NCBI GenBank assembly: GCA_963790475.1
Contig: CAWBOS010000010.1
Span: forward strand, 672,001-736,000
DNA from: an uncultured delta proteobacterium
Lineage (GTDB): Bacteria > Desulfobacterota > RBG-13-43-22
DNA length: 64,000 bases
Direction of reading: 5' to 3'
Positions 39,218 through 49,005 of this stretch are shown one piece after another. The notes beneath the pieces are model-generated. The model ran no database searches and was not told the DNA's origin. It saw only the letters and a list, made by a program, of their open reading frames with translations. Within the stretch, counting starts at the first letter, position 1. Each line of letters opens with the position of its first letter. Position numbers and translations under genes: made by a program.

Positions 39218-40702
39218 ATGGAGATTCAGATGAAGGACAAGCAATCTGCAGAACGAAGTTTTGTCATACCGGTGTTGGATTTCTCTCCCCATAGTCCTTA
39301 TAATATCAACACCCTCTTGGCCGATCTGCAAAATATTCCCGGAGAAGTGATCTGCATCTTTAACAGCCCGGAAGTCTATGAAACCCTGTCATCCCATCCA
39401 CGTATTGATAAATATTGCCATAACAATTTGAATCCCGGGGTAAGTCGGTCTTGGAATATAGGCCTGAATATGGCTGAAGGCAAAGCCGTTTTTATCTTGA
39501 ATGCCGATATGCATATCGGACGAACGGCCGTGGAGCAGATGGAAGCCTATCTGTTCCATCTTGATCAAGCGGTGATTGTCGGCCCGCAGGGTGCCTTTGT
39601 GGATTTTCTGAAAATGCGGGACCTGAAATATTTTGAAAAGGGCAAAGTCGAACAACCGATTCGCTGCCATGCCATCTCAGGATTCTTTTTTGCCATTCAC
39701 CTGGAACGGTTTCTGGCCCGGAAGCTGAGCTTTGATATTCAATACAGCCCCTGTTTTTCTGAGGAATGGGATATGGGTTTACAGGTTTTTCAAGCCGGAC
39801 TGGCCTGCTATGTCGTTCCGGTCACCGACTATGAGCATCATTGGGGAGTTTCCTCCGGCGATGGAAACCAAACAATTAACTACTTCGGACGGGAAATGAC
39901 CCGCGATCAAATCCTGTTCGCCAACCGGGAAAAATTCATAAAAAAATGGCGTCCCCTTCTGGCTCCAGATGGGGACCCGGTTCAGGTGAACGTTAACCCA
40001 AAAGGGCAGGGCACGTTTCAGGATATCCCGTTGGCCGGACTGAAGCGATTTGTGGAATTCATAAATAAAATACAGAATCAGTCCTATGCCGAGGCCTTGA
40101 GCTACAACCATTCCCAGGTTACGGAAACCATGCTGCCGCAAGTCTTAAGCAAGTACGCCATATCTAGCAATGGAATTGTTCTTGATGTCGGTTGCGGTCA
40201 GGGCCCGGCTTTATCTTGGCTGGCGGAACATGGTTATCGGGCCATCGGGATTACAATCAATGAGGAAGATTTAGAGGTATGCAAAAGAAAAGGCTTTGAG
40301 GTTTATGCTATGGATCAATCCTTTTTGGATTTTCCCGATCAAACCTTTGATCTGCTCTGGGTCCGCCATTGCATAGAACATAGCATTTTCCCCTATTTTA
40401 CTCTGTCCGAGTTCTATCGGGTTTTAAAACCCGGGGCGGTGCTTTATCTGGAAGTGCCTATCCCCGATACGCCGTGTGGTCATGAGACCAATATGAATCA
40501 TTATAGTGTATTGAATAATGTAATGTGGGTGTCGCTTATCAATCGGACCGGATTTTTGAACATCACCCGGGCGGAAATCACGGTTCCTTTGCCAGTGGGA
40601 ACGGACACCTACTGGGCTTTCATCGGGCAAAAACCACCCTTAGAAGCGGTTGTTTCCCGATTTTCCGGAAGTCTGCTGAAAGGGGTCTCCGCGCACCCAT
40701 GA
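39218..40702 (+). CDS. GT2-like glycosyltransferase fused to class I SAM methyltransferase
   Basis: N-terminal NPGVSRSWN.G / ILNAD (GT-A); C-terminal VLDVGCGQG, FYRVLKPGA. Confidence 0.8.
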   Translation: MEIQMKDKQSAERSFVIPVLDFSPHSPYNINTLLADLQNIPGEVICIFNSPEVYETLSSHPRIDKYCHNNLNPGVSRSWNIGLNMAEGKAVFILNADMHIGRTAVEQMEAYLFHLDQAVIVGPQGAFVDFLKMRDLKYFEKGKVEQPIRCHAISGFFFAIHLERFLARKLSFDIQYSPCFSEEWDMGLQVFQAGLACYVVPVTDYEHHWGVSSGDGNQTINYFGREMTRDQILFANREKFIKKWRPLLAPDGDPVQVNVNPKGQGTFQDIPLAGLKRFVEFINKIQNQSYAEALSYNHSQVTETMLPQVLSKYAISSNGIVLDVGCGQGPALSWLAEHGYRAIGITINEEDLEVCKRKGFEVYAMDQSFLDFPDQTFDLLWVRHCIEHSIFPYFTLSEFYRVLKPGAVLYLEVPIPDTPCGHETNMNHYSVLNNVMWVSLINRTGFLNITRAEITVPLPVGTDTYWAFIGQKPPLEAVVSRFSGSLLKGVSAHP

Positions 40703-41655
40703 AAATATTATTCTTAACCGCGCCTTTCCCCAATTTTGTTGTGGATCTGCTACTTCATGGGTTTAGAAAAATGTTTGACCAGGAGGTGATTGATTTTCCG
40801 CGGAAAGACAGTTTATACAGCGGAGATTTAGTCGGTTTTTCCCCGAAGGGTCAAATCAACCGTCCCTTGTTTTCTTCCGATGAAAATCGTATTGACCGGA
40901 CCGATATCCCCAGGAAGATAAGAGCAGGGTATTTTCAATATATTATCTGTGACTTGAGAGTATTCTCCCAGATAATTAAGACTTTCTCTGAAATACCCAA
41001 GGGTTTTGTCGTGGTGGATGGCGAAGACCATCTTCAAAAAATTCCTCTGGGACCTTATGCGGTTTGTCAAAGGGAAACCGATGGATCCCACTGCAGTATT
41101 CCCCTACCCATGGCCTTACCCGTGGAAGTGATGGAGTGGGTCCAGTCCTATGATTCAAATTCTAAAGAGTACTCGGTTGGGTTTTTAGGCAGTGTCCTTG
41201 ATACCTATTTGGAAAGACGGACTATCGCTGAAGCCATTTCCAAATGGTACGGGGATTGTCTGTTGAATGTCTGCCCGGTTCCCCAGATCGGAAAGGAAGG
41301 CCCCAAGGGTTGGCTGCCCAGGGATTTGTATTATTCCCAGCTTCAGAAATGCCGGGTTCTGTTGACGGTGCAAGGGGCCGGGTATGACACCTTTCGTTTC
41401 TGGGAAAATGCAGCCTGCAATGCGGTTCATATGTGCCAGAAGATGCCCTTATTCATACCTAACGATTTCGAACACAGAGTTCATCTTTTCAGGTTCACCG
41501 ATTTGACCGATTTGAAAAAAAATATCGATCAGGTGTTGGAAGAAAAATTCGACAGCCGGGGAATGATTCAGGAAAACAGGACCCACCTATTAAAACACCA
41601 CACCACCCAGGCCCGGGCCATGTATTTACTGGACAGGCTGAAAGCAATCTTATGA
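40699..41655 (+). CDS. Glycosyltransferase (GT-B/exostosin-like)
   Basis: MKILFL start overlapping upstream stop (ATGA); GAGYDTFRFWE, HTTQARA. Confidence 0.7.
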   Translation: MKILFLTAPFPNFVVDLLLHGFRKMFDQEVIDFPRKDSLYSGDLVGFSPKGQINRPLFSSDENRIDRTDIPRKIRAGYFQYIICDLRVFSQIIKTFSEIPKGFVVVDGEDHLQKIPLGPYAVCQRETDGSHCSIPLPMALPVEVMEWVQSYDSNSKEYSVGFLGSVLDTYLERRTIAEAISKWYGDCLLNVCPVPQIGKEGPKGWLPRDLYYSQLQKCRVLLTVQGAGYDTFRFWENAACNAVHMCQKMPLFIPNDFEHRVHLFRFTDLTDLKKNIDQVLEEKFDSRGMIQENRTHLLKHHTTQARAMYLLDRLKAIL

Positions 41656-42359
41656 AACCTTATTATTCCCCGTTGAATGTCGCCCATCAGGATAAATACG
41701 ATGATAAACCAAGAATGGACATCATTGATCTGGTCCCTGGGTCCTGTGAACGTGTTTTGGAAATCGGATGCGGAACGGGGGCGACCGGGGCCTTTTTAAA
41801 AGCGAGAAATCCCGATCTTTATTATGTGGGAATGGAAATTGACGAAGATGCCGCTATGATAGCCAAAACAAGATTGGACGAAGCCATCGCGATCGATATT
41901 GAAAAGATCCATCCCGATCAATTCAAATTAGAAAAGGATTATTTTGATTTATTGATTGTCGCCGATGTATTGGAGCACCTTTACGATCCCTGGCGGATTA
42001 TGGATTTTCTCCGGTCTTTCATTAAAAGCCAAGGAAAGGTGCTTCTAAGTTTTCCCAATACCCAAAATATCAATCTGATTGCCAATCTGGTCCAGGGGCA
42101 CTGGACGTATGAAAAATATGGGTTGTTGGATGCCACCCATATCCGATTTTTCACCTGGAATGAAATAGAAAAACTTCTGCAAGGAACGGGATACCGGATT
42201 CTCCGGTCAGTCAGCCAGTTGCAATCCGGTTTGGATGGTCATCCCTATCCCTTGGAAATTTCCATCAACAATTTGGTTTTAAAAAACGTCAGCCGGGAAG
42301 AGGCTCAAAAGTTATTTACTTTTCAATACCTGGTGTTGGCAGAAAAAGCGATTCAATAA
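41652..42359 (+). CDS. Class I SAM-dependent methyltransferase
   Basis: VLEIGCGTG, DVLEHLYDPW, GLLDATHIRFFT. Confidence 0.88.
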   Translation: MKPYYSPLNVAHQDKYDDKPRMDIIDLVPGSCERVLEIGCGTGATGAFLKARNPDLYYVGMEIDEDAAMIAKTRLDEAIAIDIEKIHPDQFKLEKDYFDLLIVADVLEHLYDPWRIMDFLRSFIKSQGKVLLSFPNTQNINLIANLVQGHWTYEKYGLLDATHIRFFTWNEIEKLLQGTGYRILRSVSQLQSGLDGHPYPLEISINNLVLKNVSREEAQKLFTFQYLVLAEKAIQ

Positions 42360-42369
42360 AGGATGTAAA

Positions 42370-43521
42370 ATGATTTACACCGTTTTACCATTAGGCAGTT
42401 TTCACGGATGGGGCATCTGCGGGAAATATATCATCAAGGAGCTGTCCCAGTGGGATAAGGTTTGTCTGGTGACCGAAGAAGTGAAAAGGGAATCCTTTGA
42501 GAATGAATTGGATTTCCGATTTTTTAGGGAACTGATGATGCCCAAAGAGGAATTTGATCTGGTCATGAAACCGAATAACACCTCTTTCCCGTATCCGGTT
42601 ATTCAAGCCATGAATAACCATAATTATTTGCCTAATCTACCCCAATTGAGGGGAAGTAAAAATATTGGATATACTTTTTTTGAGGACAATATCATCTCCA
42701 AGCAGAACATTGAAAATGCCGCCCGGTATTATGATGTGGTAGTCGCCGGATCTTCCTGGTGTGAAGAGATGTTACGTTTTTATGGACTTTCCAACGTCAC
42801 AACCATCATCCAGGGTATTGACCCCATGGTTTTTAATCCCAATCAAAAAGAGAAAGAGTATTTTAAAGATAAGTTTGTTCTGTTTTCCGGCGGTAAATTC
42901 GAACTCCGAAAAGGTCATGATATTGTCATCAAGGCCTATAAGGTATTGCAGGATCGACATCCCGATGTTTTGCTCATCACCGGTTGGTTCAACCAATGGC
43001 CGCAAAGCATAAATACCATGGCCGGTTCCCCTTATCTGAACTTTCAAATGATCTCAGACAATTTTTTTGATTTGATTACTCGAGTACTTGTAGATAACGG
43101 AATTGATTTAAGCCGGGTGATCAATTTGCCGGCTTATCCCAATCTGATGATGCCGAGCATTTATAAAAACACCGACCTCGGTTTTTTCCCCAATCGCTGT
43201 GAAGGAGGGACCAATCTGGTTTTGATGGAATATATGGCCTGTGGGAAACCGGTTCTGGGATCATTCAATAGCGGCCATAAGGATATTTTGACGGGTAACA
43301 ACGCTGTACGGATCAATGAAATGGGTGTGTTGAAAGTCTCGGTTAATGGAAACGAGACGGCTGTGTGGGATGAACCTTTTCTTGATGAAACCATTGAAAA
43401 ATTAGATTGGGCTTATCAACACCGGGATGAAATAGGGGAATTAGGACGGCAAGCCGGAAAAGACCTAGCGACTAAGACCTGGGAACAGACCGGCAAACAA
43501 TTTTATGAACTAGTAAAATGA
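42370..43521 (+). CDS. GT4-family glycosyltransferase
   Basis: GKFELRKGHD, FPNRCEGGTNLVLMEYMACGKPV (EX7E). Confidence 0.85.
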   Translation: MIYTVLPLGSFHGWGICGKYIIKELSQWDKVCLVTEEVKRESFENELDFRFFRELMMPKEEFDLVMKPNNTSFPYPVIQAMNNHNYLPNLPQLRGSKNIGYTFFEDNIISKQNIENAARYYDVVVAGSSWCEEMLRFYGLSNVTTIIQGIDPMVFNPNQKEKEYFKDKFVLFSGGKFELRKGHDIVIKAYKVLQDRHPDVLLITGWFNQWPQSINTMAGSPYLNFQMISDNFFDLITRVLVDNGIDLSRVINLPAYPNLMMPSIYKNTDLGFFPNRCEGGTNLVLMEYMACGKPVLGSFNSGHKDILTGNNAVRINEMGVLKVSVNGNETAVWDEPFLDETIEKLDWAYQHRDEIGELGRQAGKDLATKTWEQTGKQFYELVK

Positions 43522-43555
43522 ACAGGCTTTTAGAATAGTTAGGTAAAGGAATCCA

Positions 43556-44668
43556 ATGATGGAAAACGAGATACGGACCAGGGGCCATTCTGAGCAGAGT
43601 TTGTCGGTCGATTCATTAAGGTTTTACGAGAACTATTGGCAGGAGGCTCAGGACATCTCGGCTGCTACCAATTCAAAGAATAAGGCGGTCTTGAAACATT
43701 TTTTCCCAGGAAAAATAAATAATAAAAAAATACTTGAAATCGGGGTTGGCGGGGAAGGGGGAATGATCCTGTCCTTGAAAAATGAAAATACCGTTTACGG
43801 AATCGATGCTTCTTCTTCCGCCCAAAGGAACTGTGAACGTCTTAGTCTTAAAATTGATATTGTCAATGTGGATACGCAAGGGGTCCCTTTCGAGGATAAC
43901 ACTTTTGATATTGTGTTTGCCTTTGAAGTGTTTGAACATTTTGCCAATCCGCAATTCGTTGCTGAAGAAATTAAGAGGGTAATGAAGCAGAAAGGCGTTT
44001 TACTGTTAAGCACCCCGAATCCCTTCATCCATCATTGGCCGAGGTTGTTCTATCCCGGGTTGTTTGAAGAGCAGGCCTTCAGGGAATTTCTCATGATCAA
44101 TGAATTTAAAATTACCTCTAGAGATACTCTGGGGGTGAATATGTATCACCCTATCTTGAAAGACCCCCGCGCCAAGGCCTTTATGTGGTTTTGGCATTGC
44201 ATGAAAATCGATAGAGACCCCGCTCTGTTTTTTACTTACGGGTTATATTTTTGGGAACAAAGCAATCGGGACGGCATTAAAACCAGACCCATCGAATCGA
44301 TCGAGATGTTTAGAAAGAGCCTGGAATGCGGTGGCCAAGACAATATTAAGGCCAGATTTTTCCTCGCTTTGTCTCTGCTTTACCGGTATGTTTACAAAGA
44401 AACCGAAGAGTTCATGAAACATGCCGAATGGTTTTTGGATAATGCCCAATGTGATCAATATCCACTTAATATGAAATGCATTTTTGCCGTGTTGCTGCTA
44501 AATTATGAAACAAAAAAGTTTGGGTTTGAGATCGTAGATAGCGCATCCTGTACCTCCATACTGCAGGGTCTTCAAAGTTTTCCGGGTTCCGAGACCGGCA
44601 TTACTCTCTTTAATAACTTGAAAAATGGGCCTCCCGACTACCGGAGCATTATACGTTTTCTGGAATAA
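43556..44668 (+). CDS. SAM methyltransferase with helical C-terminal extension
   Basis: ILEIGVGGEG, FDIVFAFEVFEH, LSTPN. Confidence 0.8.
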   Translation: MMENEIRTRGHSEQSLSVDSLRFYENYWQEAQDISAATNSKNKAVLKHFFPGKINNKKILEIGVGGEGGMILSLKNENTVYGIDASSSAQRNCERLSLKIDIVNVDTQGVPFEDNTFDIVFAFEVFEHFANPQFVAEEIKRVMKQKGVLLLSTPNPFIHHWPRLFYPGLFEEQAFREFLMINEFKITSRDTLGVNMYHPILKDPRAKAFMWFWHCMKIDRDPALFFTYGLYFWEQSNRDGIKTRPIESIEMFRKSLECGGQDNIKARFFLALSLLYRYVYKETEEFMKHAEWFLDNAQCDQYPLNMKCIFAVLLLNYETKKFGFEIVDSASCTSILQGLQSFPGSETGITLFNNLKNGPPDYRSIIRFLE

Positions 44669-46533
44669 TGCAAAATCATGAGCAAATACAAACGGCCTTA
44701 GCCTATTACCAATCCGGGGCTTTCCAGAAAAGCCTAATCCTCTGCCAAGAGATCCTACAGAAAAACCCCAATAATATTGAAGCCCTTAATCTCTCGGGAC
44801 TATCCAGGCAAGGACGGCAGGAATACGATCTTTCCATCTCCTGCTTTGAAAAGATTGTTCTACTTTCTCCCGATAAGGCCTTGGGTTATTTTAACCTGGC
44901 CAATTCCTATCATGCCTTAAAAAAATTAAATGAGGCTGATTTGAATTATCAAATGGCCGCGGGCCGGGATTCAAAAGATGATCGCATCTATAACAATTGG
45001 GGAATAGTCTTGAGGGATAAGGGAGCTTTGGATCAAGCGGTTACCCGTTTTCAGAAAGCGATACAACTCAATCCTGATAATGCCAACGCCTATCATAATC
45101 TTGGAAATGTCCTGGCCGACCTGGGAAGGTTAGAGGGGGCGATTCGTTGTTTTCAAAAAGCCGTTCAAATCAATCCTTCCAATGCCGTCCATTATAAATG
45201 CTTGGGAAATGCTTTGCGAGAAAAAGGAGAACTTGATGAGAGTCTTGAACTATTACAGCAGGCTCTTGACCGATTCCCTGATGATCCTGAAACCTTTTAT
45301 AGCCTAGGGGCGGTATTAAAAACCAAGGGACGATTAGATGAGGCCGTGGTCTGTTATGAAAAAGCGATAAGACTCAACCCGGGACTTCCCCAAACCTATT
45401 ATAATCTGGGAAATCTTTTTAAAGCGAAAAGGCTATTTGAAGCGGCGAAAGAGCAGTTTCAAAAAGCACTTCAATTGGATCCAAGATTCGCTGAAGCTTA
45501 CAATAATTTGGGGGCCACCCTCAAAGAAACAGGAGCTATAAATGATGCCCTGGTAATGTATCGAAAGGCCCTGGAAATAAATCCCAATTTTCCCGAGGCC
45601 AGGTGGAATATGGGTTTGACCTTTTTACTTTCAGGCAAATTGATTGAAGGCTGGGAAGGGTATGAATACCGCTGGGAGAAACCCGATTATATAAAATATA
45701 AAAGACAATTCTTGAAACCAATGTGGCAGGGAGAAAAGCTCTCAGGAAAAAGAATACTTCTTCATGCCGAACAAGGATACGGTGATACCCTTCAAGTTAT
45801 TCGCTATGTCCCTTTATTGGTTTCAGAAAACGTCGAGGTTTTTGTCGAATGTCCTCGTGACTTAAAAAGCTTAATCAGCCGTTCCAACGGAATAAGCCGA
45901 GTTATTGCCCGCGGTGAACCGCTTCCAGAATTCGATATCCATTGTCCATTGATGACCTTGCCTAAAATCTTTGGTACCACGCTTGAGAGTATCCCCCAAA
46001 CCATTCCTTATCTCAGCGTTGATAAGGATTTGGTAAGGGCTTGGCAGTTACGCCTAAACTCTGAGGCAAAGAAATGGAAAGTGGGTTTGGTCTGGGCTGG
46101 AAATCCGGAACATCTCAATGATCGTAATCGTTCCTGCTCTCTTGAAATTCTGTCCCCTCTGCTCCAGATCAAAAATGTGCAATTTTTCAGTCTGCAAAAA
46201 GGACGGGGGTCCGAAAAAGATGACCGGTCCTCCAGGGACCTGGGCCTGTTTGATTTAACTGCCTATATCCGGGACTTCTCAGATACCGCAGCCTTGATAA
46301 AAAATTTAGATTTAGTGGTTTCCGTGGATACAGCGGTGGCCCATTTAGCCGGGGCAATTGGAAAAAGGGTTTGGACCTTATTGCCCTATAACCCCGATTG
46401 GCGTTGGTTACTGGAGCGGAAAGATAGCCCTTGGTACCCGACCATGTGTTTGTATCGGCAGTCAACTCCCGGAGATTGGATGGGCGTTATTCAAAGGGTA
46501 AAGGAGGATCTTTCGGTTTTAGTTGCTGATTGA
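44668..46533 (+). CDS. TPR + GT9-like glycosyltransferase, paralogue 3
   Basis: TPR array plus EQGYGD, GLVWAGNP..NDRNRS, DTAVAHLAGA, DWRW..SPWYP. Confidence 0.85.
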   Translation: MQNHEQIQTALAYYQSGAFQKSLILCQEILQKNPNNIEALNLSGLSRQGRQEYDLSISCFEKIVLLSPDKALGYFNLANSYHALKKLNEADLNYQMAAGRDSKDDRIYNNWGIVLRDKGALDQAVTRFQKAIQLNPDNANAYHNLGNVLADLGRLEGAIRCFQKAVQINPSNAVHYKCLGNALREKGELDESLELLQQALDRFPDDPETFYSLGAVLKTKGRLDEAVVCYEKAIRLNPGLPQTYYNLGNLFKAKRLFEAAKEQFQKALQLDPRFAEAYNNLGATLKETGAINDALVMYRKALEINPNFPEARWNMGLTFLLSGKLIEGWEGYEYRWEKPDYIKYKRQFLKPMWQGEKLSGKRILLHAEQGYGDTLQVIRYVPLLVSENVEVFVECPRDLKSLISRSNGISRVIARGEPLPEFDIHCPLMTLPKIFGTTLESIPQTIPYLSVDKDLVRAWQLRLNSEAKKWKVGLVWAGNPEHLNDRNRSCSLEILSPLLQIKNVQFFSLQKGRGSEKDDRSSRDLGLFDLTAYIRDFSDTAALIKNLDLVVSVDTAVAHLAGAIGKRVWTLLPYNPDWRWLLERKDSPWYPTMCLYRQSTPGDWMGVIQRVKEDLSVLVAD

Positions 46534-46628
46534 AAATAATCGCATCATTCATTATTTGGTTTTAAACAAAGACTCTCTGATCTTCAACAACGAGATTTTT
46601 TTCAATTATTTTGAGACGATTATTGGCC

Positions 46629-47597
46629 TCAAGCTAATGAATCAAGAAACTCCTGAGCGGTTAGATTCCAGGGTTCAATATTGAGGATTCGTTCATAAAA
46701 AACGCGTGCATCCTCAAATCTTTCCAACTGAAGACAAATATAGCCAATGGCAAATAGGGTTTCCAGATCTGATGGATTCTTTTTGAGAACCTCGAGATAT
46801 ATAGTTAAGGCCTTTTCAATTTGACCCATTTCAACTAAATATAAATCGGCCAGGTTTTTTCGAAAGTTAAGGTTGTTCGGCTCTAATTGGACTGCTTTCT
46901 GATAATAATCAAGGCTTTTTACTGTATCCCCCTGCTGGAAATGAAGCACACCCAGGTTATTATAGGCCAAGGCATCGTCCGGGAAGCGCGAGACCAAATC
47001 ATTCAGTAGTTCCTTGGCTTCATCCTGTTTGTTGGATTTCAGATAGGCCTGCACCTTTTGATATATAGATTCCGAGGATTCCTGAGCAACCGTCAGTTGG
47101 TTTGTTTCCGGTATAGAAATTGATTCCAAAGTCTTCCAAGCTGTTTCATTCCAAGGTTCAATATCAAGAACCTTATTTAAAAAAACAGCGGCATCATCTA
47201 ATTTGTCGAGGGATAAACATATTTGTCCAATAGTTAGTAAGGTTTCTATATCTTGGGGGTTTTCCGCTAATATCCGGGTATAGATTGACAAGGATTTTTC
47301 AATATCGCCGATTTCCACCAGATAATAATCAGCGATATTTTTTTGGAAGGTCACATTGTCAGGATTAAGTGAATTGGCTTTCTCATAATGGAGAAAGGCC
47401 TTTCCCTTGTCTCCCATTTCGTAATAGAGGACCCCTAAATCATTATGGGCTTGGGCAAAGTCGGGATATTTTTCTGCCAACTCTGACATGGCTGTAATAG
47501 CCAAATCTTGTTGGCCGTTATGAATTAACGGTTGGATATTCTGATAAGCATCTTGAATTTCGTTATTTTCTAATTTTGCCGTATCTAATTGAGACAT
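46629..47597 (-). CDS. TPR protein built from two tandem ~160-aa modules
   Basis: Two copies of NDLGVL..KN.AD.YLVE.G..D.ETL..IEPWN; GGAGG before ATG 47597. Confidence 0.85.
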   Translation of the reverse strand: MSQLDTAKLENNEIQDAYQNIQPLIHNGQQDLAITAMSELAEKYPDFAQAHNDLGVLYYEMGDKGKAFLHYEKANSLNPDNVTFQKNIADYYLVEIGDIEKSLSIYTRILAENPQDIETLLTIGQICLSLDKLDDAAVFLNKVLDIEPWNETAWKTLESISIPETNQLTVAQESSESIYQKVQAYLKSNKQDEAKELLNDLVSRFPDDALAYNNLGVLHFQQGDTVKSLDYYQKAVQLEPNNLNFRKNLADLYLVEMGQIEKALTIYLEVLKKNPSDLETLFAIGYICLQLERFEDARVFYERILNIEPWNLTAQEFLDSLA

Positions 47598-47636
47598 ATG
47601 GCCTCCAATTGAATTCAAATTTTTCTATTTTATTTC

Positions 47637-47653
47637 ATGCATTTTCCATGCCG
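47637..47653 (-). promoter_or_regulatory. sigma54 promoter for the tandem-TPR gene
   Basis: Minus strand CGGCATGGAAAATGCAT (GG-N10-GC). Confidence 0.65.
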
Positions 47654-47759
47654 ATATTTAAAATTAGTTAGATATGACGAAGAAAACGGAAAAAATGCGT
47701 TGGGAGTCAAGCAGAAATAATATTTTATAACTAATATAAATCATTTGGAAATTAATTTA

Positions 47760-48956
47760 TTAAAAGGAAGATAAGGCAAACCCGTCGTATTCATCCCCTG
47801 AAGAGTCGATCATATGACCGCTGACATCGGTTCCTTTAAATTTGAATACCCAATGTGACGGATCTATGACGCTATCCCCGGTAGAATTCTGGGAGATATT
47901 GAAAAAAATCGTGGCCTGATAGGTCTTGGGATCATAGGCCACATTCAATGGAATAGGAGATATCATGGCCTCTTTTTCGGGGTGAATGGTGACTCCATTA
48001 TTATAATACCCAGCTTGGCCACCAGAGGCCTTAAAAATAAACCAGTTAAGGGGATTTTGGATGGAACTGATATCCATGGCCTGGTTGAATTGAAAAGTCA
48101 ACCAGAACGTTTTTGACTGGTTTGGCGTTATCAGAGAGGCATCAAGGACAGAGACTGAGGTGCCAGGCCCAAGAACACACGGAAAAGTGCTGTCAAGGGC
48201 CTTGATGCCAGACATCTTGGGGGTAAAAAGGGTCAGTTCCAGGTCCTGGGCCAGCCCATTGGCCTGATCGGTATTCATGTTACTGAGGATCTTTACTTGT
48301 TCCTCAGCTTTGGCCTTGTCCCCCAGTCCGATATAGGCGTAACCGAGTTCCAAATGGGCATAGGCGAAGTCTTTCTTTAAGGATATGGCTTCTTCAAGTT
48401 GGTCCACCGCCTCTTTATATTTTCCCTGTTTATTATAAACTTGTCCCAATCCATAATAACCATTACCGTCTTTTGGGGCCAGTTTGATTACCTCCTTGAA
48501 TTGCTCTTCTGCTGTATCATAACGGTTGGTGGTCAAATAAATAAGTCCAAGGGAATTATGGGGGTAAGCTGAGGCAGGGGATACCTGGGCTAATTTTTTG
48601 AATTGATTTTCTGCCTCGTCGTATTGTTTGGCCTCGCTGTAGGCATTCCCTAAATCGGTGATTAGCTTTTCTGAAGAGGAGTTCGCTCGTACGCCTTGTT
48701 TAAAGGCTTTAATCGCTTCGTCAGTATTCCCGTTCGTTTGATAGGCTTTCCCGAGGTACTCATAGGCCTCGGGTAAATTCGGATTAAAAGCAGCGGCCCG
48801 TTTAAATTCACTGATTGCCCGGTCGTATTTCTTTTCCTGCAAAAGAGATAACCCGTTGGCCAAAGCATAACTAGCAACCTGCTCGCGTTGGGCTTGCTGG
48901 TTGGAAAGTATGGAAGCCAGATTATCAGCCGAGGCATTTAATTGAGATATATCCAT
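47760..48956 (-). CDS. TPR protein with beta-rich C-terminal domain of unknown function
   Basis: Several TPRs then FQFNQAMD..NW..GYYNNG..IDPSHWVFKFKG.D; no Sec signal peptide. Confidence 0.8.
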   Translation of the reverse strand: MDISQLNASADNLASILSNQQAQREQVASYALANGLSLLQEKKYDRAISEFKRAAAFNPNLPEAYEYLGKAYQTNGNTDEAIKAFKQGVRANSSSEKLITDLGNAYSEAKQYDEAENQFKKLAQVSPASAYPHNSLGLIYLTTNRYDTAEEQFKEVIKLAPKDGNGYYGLGQVYNKQGKYKEAVDQLEEAISLKKDFAYAHLELGYAYIGLGDKAKAEEQVKILSNMNTDQANGLAQDLELTLFTPKMSGIKALDSTFPCVLGPGTSVSVLDASLITPNQSKTFWLTFQFNQAMDISSIQNPLNWFIFKASGGQAGYYNNGVTIHPEKEAMISPIPLNVAYDPKTYQATIFFNISQNSTGDSVIDPSHWVFKFKGTDVSGHMIDSSGDEYDGFALSSF

Positions 48957-49005
48957 GAGTTCTATAAATGAAAATCAGAATCTGTCTTTAAGGCTTTCTG
49001 TTTTA

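Noticed and set aside
40525-40698. N-terminal extension of the 40525 ORF (similar extensions at 8004, 25945, 28800, 29350, 57728, 60601)
   Set aside because: These overlap upstream genes or riboswitches; downstream ATGs with coupling or RBS fit better
47650-47657. GCCGATAT sigma28 -10 on the + strand
   Set aside because: No -35 element and no + strand gene downstream; it overlaps the minus-strand sigma54 site
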